Positions 1 to 10,019 of a stretch of DNA of 32,000 bases are shown here, one piece after another (position 1 is the first letter of the stretch; each line of letters begins with the position of its first letter). The stretch comes from Promethearchaeota archaeon (GTDB taxonomy: Archaea; Asgardarchaeota; Lokiarchaeia; Sigyniarchaeales; Promethearchaeaceae), in the NCBI GenBank assembly GCA_016933055.1, contig JAFGBS010000009.1, positions 750,001 to 782,000 on the forward strand, given 5' to 3'. Position numbers and translations under genes: made by a program. The notes under the pieces were generated by a model. The model did not search any database. It worked only from the letters and a program-made list of their open reading frames with translations, and had not been told where the DNA came from.

Positions 1-1
1 A

Positions 2-442
2 CAATTCCAATCATTTTGGAATGGGAAACAAAAATTTGGAGATAATTATTTGATGATATTTGGGGAACTAGGTATATTCAGAGAGGATGTCGTTTATCTG
101 TCAAAAAAACATGGATTTAAATTCAATAGACCCCCGGAAATTAACTTACTGTCAAGATTTGCTTATAATATACCAATAACCGAAGATTTACTCAAATTAG
201 TTGTAGTGATGGAGGGATTTCTCAAAAATTTAACAAATAATGATCTTGTCCGAGTGCGAATCCTTGATAAGGACCATATTATTATTGAGACAGGGCAAAA
301 AGAACTATCTCGCCTTTTAGATGAAAAAACTCGAAAAAAAATATATAATGAATTTAGCGATAAAGGATTTTCCTCTATAAATATCGATCTTGCTGGATAT
401 CGACGAAATAACTTATTTAAAGCATCAAAAAATACACTTTAA
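2..442 (+). CDS. larE: LarE-like (PP-loop, ATP-dependent sulfur transferase family) protein, C-terminal part; 5' end lies outside the window
   Basis: The frame is open from base 2 (QFQSFWNGKQKFGDNYL...) through the ORF-track start at 50. It has the LarE C-terminal pattern ELGI...SRFAY..IT...EGFL...VRVR...DLAGYR. No Cys in the visible part. It lies near larC. Confidence 0.7.
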   Translation, partial: QFQSFWNGKQKFGDNYLMIFGELGIFREDVVYLSKKHGFKFNRPPEINLLSRFAYNIPITEDLLKLVVVMEGFLKNLTNNDLVRVRILDKDHIIIETGQKELSRLLDEKTRKKIYNEFSDKGFSSINIDLAGYRRNNLFKASKNTL

Positions 443-1812
443 CTTTCATTATTTTCTTTCATGAATAAAGGTTGCACGATTTCAAGAGCTTCTCTGGTCT
501 TCTCTAAAATTGTGTGAATTAAAGGTTGATTCATAACGGTTGATAGTATATACTCAATACAAGATTTGTGATAGACATAGATGCCTTGATTCAACAACTC
601 CAGATGTAAATATCGAAGGATCGGATAATTTGAAAGTAAATTTAGCCCATAATCACGAGCATTTGCATAATTTCCCCGAAATATATGTAAATAAACTAAT
701 GATCCAGCCTGTGTTACATGAGCTGGAAAATTGGTATCTTGAATAATTTTTTTTAAACCAGTTGCTAATAAGCTACCCCAGTGAGTGATGTTATCAATTT
801 CCTTTTGGTTATAGTGTTGTAATGCGGCAATACCTGCGCACATTGAAATTGAATTACCATTATAGGAACCCGAATGAGATAGATGGGGTTCTCGAGTAGG
901 ATTAAACCATTCCATTAACTCCCCTTTACCTCCAAAAGCCCCTATGGGTAATCCCCCACCAATGCATTTTCCAAATGAGGTTAAATCGGGTTCAATATCA
1001 AGAAACTCTTGAAATCCGCCCAGAGCATGTCGAAATGTTATAACTTCATCGAAAATAAGATAAATTCCAAATTCTTGAGTGATGGTCCTTACTTCTTTCA
1101 TGTATTCTTGAGTGGCAGACATACCGACTCGATTTATCACGGGTTCGATAATCATAGCAGCAATATCATCCTTGTTAGATGATATTAGTTCTTTTAAATA
1201 TTCGATATCGTTTATCGGCGTAATTAGAATATGATCTCTTAATCCCGGAGAGAAACCTAATTCTGGGTTTAAATTCGGTGGATTTTTGTATTTATAGTCT
1301 GCACAAACATTGGTATGAACGTAATCTGTCGAACCATGATAGGATCCATCAAATTTGATAATTTTGTTTTGTCCCGACACAACTCGAGCAAGACGCAAAG
1401 GAAACATGGTTGCTTCAGAACCAGACGCACAAAATCTGATTTCATCTAAGGAACTGACTCGATTTACTAATAATTGGGCGAAATCCAGTTGTACTTCTGT
1501 TGGAGTTGAATGAGCAGTACCCTTTGACAACTGAGAAGAAATTGCATTGAGTACGGGCGGAAAAGAATGACCATGTAATAAACTACACATGTTATTGTTA
1601 CAATCGATGTATTCATTGCCGTCCACATCATATACATGAAAACCGCTACCATGACTCGTATAAAAGGCATAGGGATAAAAATTCGCCACATTTCGTGTAC
1701 CTCCCCCTGGGAAAATGCGTTTGGCGCGTTCGTAAAGGCGTCTAGATTTCACGGTTTTTTCCATATAACGTTTAACAATATCCTTCCGTATTTTGGTGCT
1801 TTCCGTACTCAT
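439..1812 (-). CDS. Class III PLP-dependent aminotransferase, glutamate-1-semialdehyde aminomutase (HemL)-like
   Basis: DVDGNEYID, SGSEAT, GSYHG, FDEVITFR and the PLP-lysine motif SFGKCIGGGLPIGAFGG. Its stop codon overlaps the larE-like stop (439-442). Confidence 0.85.
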   Translation of the reverse strand: MSTESTKIRKDIVKRYMEKTVKSRRLYERAKRIFPGGGTRNVANFYPYAFYTSHGSGFHVYDVDGNEYIDCNNNMCSLLHGHSFPPVLNAISSQLSKGTAHSTPTEVQLDFAQLLVNRVSSLDEIRFCASGSEATMFPLRLARVVSGQNKIIKFDGSYHGSTDYVHTNVCADYKYKNPPNLNPELGFSPGLRDHILITPINDIEYLKELISSNKDDIAAMIIEPVINRVGMSATQEYMKEVRTITQEFGIYLIFDEVITFRHALGGFQEFLDIEPDLTSFGKCIGGGLPIGAFGGKGELMEWFNPTREPHLSHSGSYNGNSISMCAGIAALQHYNQKEIDNITHWGSLLATGLKKIIQDTNFPAHVTQAGSLVYLHIFRGNYANARDYGLNLLSNYPILRYLHLELLNQGIYVYHKSCIEYILSTVMNQPLIHTILEKTREALEIVQPLFMKENNES

Positions 1813-2096
1813 ATCTCTATATACTCAATCCACCGCGAAATATTAAATTTTAGAGAATTACGATATGTACAATATGAATCAGAATTTACGCATTGGAATC
1901 CCGACCAGTAAAAAGATAGATCTAAAAATTTTGAGATGTTCTCCAGTCAATCAGATTTTTTTCCATAGTCACTATCTATACTTCTATATTTTAGGAATGC
2001 ATGAATAAAATGGGTAGTATTTAGGATATTTGACTTCTAAACGCGATTTAAATCTGAAAATATATGAAGTATTATTACAAATATTTAGCGTAGATA

Positions 2097-3380
2097 ATGA
2101 TAAAACAGATATTTTATATTAACTGTAAGCACTCGGGTCTCGCTGGTGATATGTTTTTAGCAGCTTTATACGGATTAAATGAAAATTCTTCCGTGATAGA
2201 ATCTATACAGGCATATATTAATGATAATTTTTCTAATGTTAAAATTTTGCATTTTTCATTTAAAAAAATTCAGAGAAATGGGATCTATCCATATAAAATG
2301 GATTTGAGGTTCACAGAAACTCGTCCGGAATTACAAGTGCAGCAAATTAAAGATCACATTAGTAAATTATGCGGCTATCTTAACTTATCTCCTCTTGCTT
2401 TGCAATTTGCTGATGCATGGTTTAATATCATTCTAGATGCTGAACAGAATGTTCATAATATACACACTGAAAAGATTCATCTACATGAATTGGGTTCCAT
2501 TGATACTTTAATTGATATTTGTGGCAGTACGGCACTTTTAGAGCAATTAAGTATATTTTCCAAAGATCCAGCGATACAAATTTATTGCAGTGAAGTTGCA
2601 ATCGGTGGAGGATTGATAAAAATTAGTCATGGAACTGTCCCCGTTCCTGCACCTGCAACCACGTATATTTTAGAAAAATACTCAATACCACTTAGAGGTG
2701 GACCAATTGAACGAGAATTATTGACTCCCACGGGAGCTGCTTTATTAGCATGTTTAAAGGAAAGAACTCATTTCTGTTTTGCCTCCGAACTCCCCCCAAT
2801 GCAGTTAAAGAAAACTAGTATAAGCACTGGTCAGCTTGGTGATAAAGATTTTCCAAATATTTTCCAAATTTTTACAGGAATCTCAATATTATGCTTGGAT
2901 GAATTAGAACAAGATGTCATAATATTAGAGACTATGGTAGATGATCAATCTGGTGAAACATTAGGTTCAGTTATGGAAGATTTATTTGAAAAAGGTGCGT
3001 TGGATGTGAATTACATTACCGTTCACGGCAAAAAAAACCGCCCTGGGATTCTTGTGAGGGTTTTGACGACTAAATCGCAAATGAATGCGTTAATGAAGGT
3101 GTTGTTTCAACAACTAGGAACTTTAGGCATTCGATATAGAAAAGAAAAACGGATATGTTTGAATCGTGATGTTATCGAAAACACGACTACTATTGAAGGA
3201 GTAACAGTGAAATTCCGTACAAAAATTGCCTATGATCCCTCAAATCCTAAAAACATCCTATATTTTAAAATAGAACACGATGATATAGTCAGAATTTCTC
3301 GCCAGATTGGCATTTCTCTCTCATTTACTAAAGTTAAGTTAGAAAGTGCCGTTCTGGCTAGGAATACTAGATCGTCATAA
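2097..3380 (+). CDS. larC: Nickel pincer cofactor biosynthesis nickel insertase LarC
   Basis: Family motifs GLAGDM, HLHELGSID, SHGTVPVPAPAT, TPTGAALL, ETMVDD, KKNRPG and GTLGIR. Confidence 0.92.
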   Translation: MIKQIFYINCKHSGLAGDMFLAALYGLNENSSVIESIQAYINDNFSNVKILHFSFKKIQRNGIYPYKMDLRFTETRPELQVQQIKDHISKLCGYLNLSPLALQFADAWFNIILDAEQNVHNIHTEKIHLHELGSIDTLIDICGSTALLEQLSIFSKDPAIQIYCSEVAIGGGLIKISHGTVPVPAPATTYILEKYSIPLRGGPIERELLTPTGAALLACLKERTHFCFASELPPMQLKKTSISTGQLGDKDFPNIFQIFTGISILCLDELEQDVIILETMVDDQSGETLGSVMEDLFEKGALDVNYITVHGKKNRPGILVRVLTTKSQMNALMKVLFQQLGTLGIRYRKEKRICLNRDVIENTTTIEGVTVKFRTKIAYDPSNPKNILYFKIEHDDIVRISRQIGISLSFTKVKLESAVLARNTRSS

Positions 3381-3489
3381 AGGTTGACTTATCAAAAAAT
3401 TTATAATTTTTAATAACACAATAAATCACGTGAGTTATTGAAATTTTGAATAGATGGCTCTCTCTTTAAAATTCCTCTGAGATGTTATT

Positions 3490-3918
3490 ATGCCGATTAT
3501 GTCATTTTCCGTGTCCGATTCCTTAAAAGAATTCCTTAAAAAACTCGTTGAAAAAAATCCCTCTTACAAAAACAATTCAGTGGTTATGCGCGATGCATTA
3601 AGTAGACTCAGAAATGCGACGGAATCAGAATTCCTAGGTTCTAATCTTATTCCTGAGGCAACTATCGAAGATAACATGGAATCTCAAGTGATTGGGAATA
3701 TAATTGTAGTTTTAGAGAAATACAATGAGAACATTGAACGTAAACTTGCTAAGCTTGAGCATACTATTTCTTCAGTGCGGGGAAAACATTGTTTCTTTTA
3801 TAAAAATGATAAAACTATTGTTTACATCCTTGAGGATTCTCTTCCTAATATCCATGCATTTATCACAGAAATTAATCAAATTGAAAATTTGAAAAATATT
3901 CGATATCTTATTGTATAA
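3490..3918 (+). CDS. NikR-like regulator (ribbon-helix-helix plus ACT-like domain)
   Basis: N-terminal RHH pattern (IMSFSVSDSLKEFL...SVVMRDAL). The C-terminal beta-alpha-beta-beta-alpha-beta region resembles NikR in size. It lies directly downstream of larC. Confidence 0.7.
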   Translation: MPIMSFSVSDSLKEFLKKLVEKNPSYKNNSVVMRDALSRLRNATESEFLGSNLIPEATIEDNMESQVIGNIIVVLEKYNENIERKLAKLEHTISSVRGKHCFFYKNDKTIVYILEDSLPNIHAFITEINQIENLKNIRYLIV

Positions 3919-3932
3919 TAAAAAATCAAGGA

Positions 3933-4967
3933 TCAGATCGGAATTCTGGTTTCAGCGATAAATCCTTCTAAAATATCGCTTAAATCTTTCTTATATGCTT
4001 CAAATTTATCCAGAAGGTCAACGGCTTCTTCTTCAGAAGTTTCATCAATTATTGCTATGCAATAAAACCACAGATAACCTACTTGGAATCCTTGGATGAC
4101 TCCGGATACTCGTTTACTATAGGATATCCAATCGCTAAATTCATATGTATTAGATACTTCATCAGCTATGCGCTTTAATGCATTTAAAAATAGTTCTCGA
4201 CATTTTTCTCGTTCCTCCTCAGTTAAATGCTCCCTAAAATATTCAGAAAGGGAGATACCATTTTCATCAAATAGCATCATGGAGATCGTATGGAAGTCTC
4301 TCCCTACGGAAGTGAGAAAATCATCTAAAATCTCCCTTTTAGTAAAAATCCGTTGCATTCCAAAGGAAAAAGCTCGAATTAATGAAACTATGTCATAAAT
4401 ACTGCTTTCAAAAAAGTACAAGTCATGAACTGGAAGCCAATCATTCATTATTTTCTTGAGAACCATTACTTCCCCTATCATTTCTCGATATATATCATCT
4501 TTTCCAGGATCAGTTCTAAGGGAGGGATCTATTTTATGTAGAAAGATAATAAAAGTCATCTTTGTACCTTCACTCTTGTAGTATTCAGCAATTTCATTGA
4601 AATACCCCAAAGTCTCCTTAAATCTTAGTGGATCTTGCACATCAATGATATAAAAAATCAGATCTGTCTCTGAGAGATATCTATCCTTATGTTCCAAATA
4701 TTCATTTCGGTACTTGAGTTGTCCTCCAAAATCAAATTGCATTACTTGTGTATTTAAGAAATTAAACGAAAAACTATTCCTATCTACACTGAGAGTTGGT
4801 TTCAATTTCGAAATTTGGTCCATAAAATCGAATTTTCGTTTTAATGCGGTGAGAATGGAAGTCTTTCCGGCATTATCCAATCCTAGAAACGCAATTTTCA
4901 TTTTTTGGGAAAAGGATGGCATATATATTACTCCGAGTTTCGAGTTAGTTTGGGTACTACAAAGCAA
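3933..4967 (-). CDS. Small GTPase (Arf/Rag-like G domain) fused to a C-terminal roadblock/longin-like domain; likely start at 4922 (MPSFSQ)
   Basis: G1 GLDNAGKT, G2 PT, G3 DFGGQ, G4 HKID, G5 SSI, followed by about 135 aa of alpha/beta sequence beginning near MMLFDENGISLSEY. Confidence 0.85.
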   Translation of the reverse strand: MLCSTQTNSKLGVIYMPSFSQKMKIAFLGLDNAGKTSILTALKRKFDFMDQISKLKPTLSVDRNSFSFNFLNTQVMQFDFGGQLKYRNEYLEHKDRYLSETDLIFYIIDVQDPLRFKETLGYFNEIAEYYKSEGTKMTFIIFLHKIDPSLRTDPGKDDIYREMIGEVMVLKKIMNDWLPVHDLYFFESSIYDIVSLIRAFSFGMQRIFTKREILDDFLTSVGRDFHTISMMLFDENGISLSEYFREHLTEEEREKCRELFLNALKRIADEVSNTYEFSDWISYSKRVSGVIQGFQVGYLWFYCIAIIDETSEEEAVDLLDKFEAYKKDLSDILEGFIAETRIPI

Positions 4968-5026
4968 AAACTACGTAAATTGATTTGCTTTATTTCTATT
5001 TATACACCATTGTAGATTTGATTGAT

Positions 5027-5611
5027 TTAAAATTCAAGATTTGAATAAATAGGTCCTTGAGGAGTCAATACTGACTTTTTTAGGAATATCTTACCGACTT
5101 GAAAAGATCCTAACTCTTTCGCTACATAATCATTTTTTAATGTTTGAAATTCTTTTAAAGGCAAATTGGTTGAAATCTGTCTGTTTTTTGATTTTTTCGC
5201 TCGAGCAATCGTAATATGAGTTTTTAATTTGCGATCCTTTGGAAAACCGAAAGATTCTACTAATTTATTATCAATTTTATCATGAATTTCCCTTAAGGTA
5301 GACACGGGTCCTTGGATACCTAAGTGGAAAACTCGCTTTGAGAAATCACCTAGTCGACGAACTGTAAATTCAAGTGGACCGTTTTGAAAATAGTGAGAAT
5401 TTATATCATTTTGCAGGAATTCATATAATTTTCTTGCTGTTGGTTCAGTAATATGTCCCAAAAATCGGATGGTTATATGAATATTTTCAGGCTCTACCAA
5501 TTTTATTTGATCCATTATCCCAGTTAATTCTTCTTGCAACTTTCTAATGGCATAAATAAGTTTTTTATTCTTAATTTCTACCGCAAAAAATGCACGTATA
5601 GAACTGTTCAT
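5027..5611 (-). CDS. thpR: RNA 2',3'-cyclic phosphodiesterase (2H phosphoesterase, LigT/ThpR)
   Basis: Two HxT motifs (NIHITIRF, KTHITIAR), N-terminal RAFFAV and C-terminal KSVLTPQGPIY. Confidence 0.92.
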   Translation of the reverse strand: MNSSIRAFFAVEIKNKKLIYAIRKLQEELTGIMDQIKLVEPENIHITIRFLGHITEPTARKLYEFLQNDINSHYFQNGPLEFTVRRLGDFSKRVFHLGIQGPVSTLREIHDKIDNKLVESFGFPKDRKLKTHITIARAKKSKNRQISTNLPLKEFQTLKNDYVAKELGSFQVGKIFLKKSVLTPQGPIYSNLEF

Positions 5612-6156
5612 TATTAATCATCAGCTTCTTAAAATCCTATATAATATTACAATTTTTTCACAATAAATGTCTTCCAAATGTCAAGTATTCTCTCTAGAAT
5701 AAATGTAAACACTAAAGTGGTTATAGAGAAATCCACTCGCGTATAGCAATTACGTGAAGTATTAGAAACGGCAATCTTAGATATTTCCAAGGATTTCCTT
5801 TAAATCCTGATAATCTATAATATCAGATCTCACATATTGACAAAAATTTCTGATTGGAATTATGGGTAGAGCGGAAATTCCGAATAATAAGATTAATCCT
5901 AAAATTGATGGGTCTATTCCTTCTTATACCCACCAATCGTTAGTAAATATAATTGGATAGTAGTACTTTCCGTATACCATACCGATAATGGGAAAAATTC
6001 TATAACCAATTTAAAAATATTACCGGAAAAAACATCATTAATTGCATTTCGCAAATGCATGCAGATTAGAGATATTATAAAATCTTTAACTTCTTCAGAG
6101 ATCATTTTTCCCTTGTTATTAACTTATATATCATGGATAGCCTCCCCATGTTTTAA

Positions 6157-7326
6157 ATGTTAGATGACACAGTAATAATGTGGGAAGAAATGAGTCTGAA
6201 AAAGAAAATATTAGTAGTAGGAGAACTCCATAGGGATATTTTTTATAAAACTGATGCCTTAACTAACATTGTACAGCAAATTTCTCGGCAGCTGTTCTTA
6301 AAAAAATCTTCAATGCAAGGTTCTGAATCGGAAATAGAAAATATTGTATCGAATGCATTACACCGTACAACCAAAAAATTTTCTTGTGATTCTAAAATTG
6401 TACGTGGGGGTAATGGAAATAATTCTGCGACAATTTTAGCAAATTTGGGAATTCCTACTGGATTACTTACTGTTATTGGCGAAGATTCATTATGGATGAT
6501 ACCAGAATTGGAAAAATTAGGAATAGATATTACGACTGTATTTGTAAAAAAAGTACTTACGCCTACTAGTGCTATAGTGGAGGATGCAAACTATACTAAG
6601 ATTTTCACTTCAAAAAATCTCAAAGATGAAATGAATTTTGAAGGAATCGAATTCCCCATAGATCTCTTTGATGATTCTATGATTGTATTCATTACTCCCA
6701 TGGACTTGAAATATAAACATATTCTGGAGGTAGCAGTAAATGCAGAAAAATTGGTCGCTGTTACTATCGAGCTTCAAAAATTCATCCAGTTCTCTGAGGT
6801 GGAGACACTATTATCAGCTAAGCCTGAAATTCTATTTTGTAATTTGAATGATGCTTATGAGATTTGTAAAAAGGATTTTGAGACACCTTTTCCGACGTTT
6901 GAAGAATTTAAAAAAACATTAGATGAAGAAAAAACAAAAAATGCAGAATACGAATACCAATTAAAAAAACTTATTAATGTGGACTTGTTTTTTGGGAAAT
7001 TAGCGAATGTGCGGATTTATACATCTGGTAACATGGGTTCTTGGGTTAGATTTGGTCCTTTAAAACTAATCTATCGGGAACCGTTTGCAGTGGATATAAA
7101 AACTCGCGTAGGGGCAGGAGACACTTTTGCTGCTGGATTTCTTTCCAAATTAAATGAGAAGATTTCTAGCCCCCTGGAATACCTCGGACAAACAAAAGAA
7201 GAGAATGAATGGTTGTTTAAGGTATGTTTATTATATGCGACAGGAGCTTCAGGTGTCAGGATTTCATCGGGAAAATTTCCTGATAATGATGAGATTCGTG
7301 AATTCCTAAAAGAAAAAATGGAATAG
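6157..7326 (+). CDS. PfkB/ribokinase-family carbohydrate kinase
   Basis: GGNGNNSATILANLG and the C-terminal anion-hole motif VGAGDTFAAGF. Substrate cannot be determined from motifs. Confidence 0.85.
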   Translation: MLDDTVIMWEEMSLKKKILVVGELHRDIFYKTDALTNIVQQISRQLFLKKSSMQGSESEIENIVSNALHRTTKKFSCDSKIVRGGNGNNSATILANLGIPTGLLTVIGEDSLWMIPELEKLGIDITTVFVKKVLTPTSAIVEDANYTKIFTSKNLKDEMNFEGIEFPIDLFDDSMIVFITPMDLKYKHILEVAVNAEKLVAVTIELQKFIQFSEVETLLSAKPEILFCNLNDAYEICKKDFETPFPTFEEFKKTLDEEKTKNAEYEYQLKKLINVDLFFGKLANVRIYTSGNMGSWVRFGPLKLIYREPFAVDIKTRVGAGDTFAAGFLSKLNEKISSPLEYLGQTKEENEWLFKVCLLYATGASGVRISSGKFPDNDEIREFLKEKME

Positions 7327-7371
7327 TGAATAGAACAATCTTTTATTAATTTCTTTTATCTATCTATCAAT

Positions 7372-9939
7372 ATGAGTATTATTGTTAAGTCTGCCTTGAA
7401 AGAAATTGTTGTCCAGAATAAAAAAATCCAGTGCAAATTTTATCCGTCAACTGGACGGTTTGATATTTTATCCCCACAAGGCTCACTTATCAATGTGTTT
7501 CCCCTGATTTTTATTGAAAATGAATCGATAACATTATTAGATGAACCCCATGGAGCATTCGAACCACAATGGAACATGAAAACCGTGCATCGAGATCTAA
7601 TTGCATTTTTTCCGCAAGAAATCTCTAATCAAGAGTTTTCTGAGAATATGGTGGTTCTTAAGGAATTCACCGATCAAATTGATCAAGGGTTGATCGCGAA
7701 AATTCCTCTAAAATTCTCTGCATCGAATTCCAACGGAATAATTACTGGATTTTTATGTTTTAAATTATATGATAGTCTTTTAAACGCACATTTAGCGACA
7801 ATATACATTCAAATTGATGAATGGGTAGGATTCGAACATACTCCAAAAATTCATTCTTATGTTCCTCTTGGCGCAGATTTATTATCAAAATGGATTTTAC
7901 ATGATGATTACCGATTAAATCCTCGAAATGTCACCTTTTTCCGAAATGGGTATCAATCGTGGTCTCCTAACAATTTACTGGGATATAAACAAAAAGCTCA
8001 TTTGTCTATTTTGAAAATTGGCAAAAACACGATGGAGAATCAAGATCCAGCAATAAAAACTCGATACTTCTCAGAAATGTTTACTTCAGTAACTGATACA
8101 AAATCTAAGAAGAGCCTTATTATAGGTTTTACCACACATAAACGTCAATTTAATCGAATACTGATGGATCGGATGCGATTTAAAGGAAAATTTCGATGTC
8201 TTCTAGCAATCTCCCAAGTTGATTCAATCCCGATAAATTTACTTAAACCCAAACATATTAAATCGGAAGAATTGATTGTGTTTTTCACTGAAAAACATAT
8301 GGGAGTGCAAGGATTGTGTAGTTGGGCAGAGTTAAGTGGAAAAATAATGGATGGTCGGACTTATAAACCCTCTGAAGCTTCCAAGTTTAATGGGACTTTA
8401 TCAGGATACTGCTCGTGGTATTATTATTATACCAAAGTAACTGAACAAGATATAATTGACAATCTAAATTTTTTCACAAATAATAAGGGATATCCGATAA
8501 ATTTGATTCAGCTTGACGATGGATATCAGACTGAAGTCGGAGATTTTACTTCTATTAATGAGAAATTCCCCAACGGCATGAGATTTCTTGTTGATAAAAT
8601 TCATGATCGCAGATTTCTAGCTGGATTATGGATTGCACCATTTTTTGCACAAGATCGCTCAGAACTCTTCCAAACCCATCCCGAGTGGTTTTTACGAGAT
8701 AAAGATGGTAAGATGATTTTAGGAGCTCTGAATTGGGGTTCCAAAGTATATGCATTAGATATCTCTAAACAAGCGGTTATCGACCATGTAAAAAATCTCA
8801 TTCAGACGATTGTGGAAGATTGGAATTACGACTATATAAAAATTGATTTTGTTTATGCATCTGAAATAATCGGATCACAATATTACATACCTGGTGTCAC
8901 GCGGGCCGAAGTATATCGTAATGGGATAGAATTCATAAGGGATGTTATGGGAGATGATACAATATTGCTTGGATGTGGGGCTCCTTTAGGTCCCAGTATT
9001 GGGATTGTGGATGCTATGCGCATTGGGGAAGACACCGCAGCGAAATGGAGGGTTCTGGGCAAATTTGGCGATATTATGCATAAACGGCTGAATTTAGATC
9101 TTCCCGCACTTAAACCCGCAATGCAAGCAACTGTGCTTCGCAGCTTCATGCATAAACGACTTTGGATAAATGATCCTGATTGTGTGGTGGTTCGTGAAAA
9201 TAAGAGTAAATTATCTTTAGATGAAATCCATTTCCAACTGACGATAATGGGTCTGAGTGGTGGTATGATCATGTTTTCTGATGATTTAACCCTCCTTAAA
9301 AAGGAACGTCTACGATTCATGAAACTTCTTCTCCCCCCATATAAAGAAGGAGCCTCATCCTTAGATATGCTAATAAAACGAGATCCTGAATTATTCGGTC
9401 TTTTCACGACTTCTACAATTGGTGATCGAATATTATTAGCATTATTAAATTGGAAGGACCGGAATAAATCAATAAAATTCACAATTAGAGATATATTAAC
9501 GAGTTTGAATAAAACCTTGAAAGCAACAAAGTTTTATATATATGATTTTTGGAAACAGCGAAAACTACCTGGAATTTTTGGTATTGATGAACGCATCACC
9601 ATATCAAACGTTGTTAAACATGGATGTAAGTATTTTTCGATTATTCCTATTAAACCAAATGATCTCAGCCCTGTTTTGTTATCTTCTGATTTACATATCT
9701 CCCAAGGATGTCAAGAAATTAAAAAATACGAATATTTTCCCGAAGAAAAAAAACTCACCATTGTTTTCGATTTGAACTATCATGAAGGTACTATAACTAT
9801 CTTGTCCAAAACGAAACTAAAACCTCATATTTTATCTGGTAGAGATTTTGAGACCATTGAACTTAGAGAAGAAGGCTATACAATCAAAATTCCAGTATTA
9901 TTCCCCATAGATAAAACCCTAACGCTGTATTTTGAATAA
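7372..9939 (+). CDS. Glycoside hydrolase family 36 (alpha-galactosidase-like)
   Basis: CSWYYYY, QLDDGYQ, KFPNGM, GLWIAPF, YIKIDF (nucleophile Asp), MRIGED (acid/base Asp) and NDPDC. Confidence 0.9.
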   Translation: MSIIVKSALKEIVVQNKKIQCKFYPSTGRFDILSPQGSLINVFPLIFIENESITLLDEPHGAFEPQWNMKTVHRDLIAFFPQEISNQEFSENMVVLKEFTDQIDQGLIAKIPLKFSASNSNGIITGFLCFKLYDSLLNAHLATIYIQIDEWVGFEHTPKIHSYVPLGADLLSKWILHDDYRLNPRNVTFFRNGYQSWSPNNLLGYKQKAHLSILKIGKNTMENQDPAIKTRYFSEMFTSVTDTKSKKSLIIGFTTHKRQFNRILMDRMRFKGKFRCLLAISQVDSIPINLLKPKHIKSEELIVFFTEKHMGVQGLCSWAELSGKIMDGRTYKPSEASKFNGTLSGYCSWYYYYTKVTEQDIIDNLNFFTNNKGYPINLIQLDDGYQTEVGDFTSINEKFPNGMRFLVDKIHDRRFLAGLWIAPFFAQDRSELFQTHPEWFLRDKDGKMILGALNWGSKVYALDISKQAVIDHVKNLIQTIVEDWNYDYIKIDFVYASEIIGSQYYIPGVTRAEVYRNGIEFIRDVMGDDTILLGCGAPLGPSIGIVDAMRIGEDTAAKWRVLGKFGDIMHKRLNLDLPALKPAMQATVLRSFMHKRLWINDPDCVVVRENKSKLSLDEIHFQLTIMGLSGGMIMFSDDLTLLKKERLRFMKLLLPPYKEGASSLDMLIKRDPELFGLFTTSTIGDRILLALLNWKDRNKSIKFTIRDILTSLNKTLKATKFYIYDFWKQRKLPGIFGIDERITISNVVKHGCKYFSIIPIKPNDLSPVLLSSDLHISQGCQEIKKYEYFPEEKKLTIVFDLNYHEGTITILSKTKLKPHILSGRDFETIELREEGYTIKIPVLFPIDKTLTLYFE

Positions 9940-10019
9940 ATCCATTCTCTCTTGTTTTCAACATAACTTTTTTATACATAAAAATTCAACAATATCTGAA
10001 TTATTAAGGTGGATTGTAA

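Noticed and set aside
5612-6156. Possible small gene or pseudogene upstream of thpR (63-aa minus-strand ORF 5914-6105 plus fragments in other frames)
   Set aside because: The fragments lie in three frames, have no recognisable motif, and cannot be joined by a single frameshift or readthrough.
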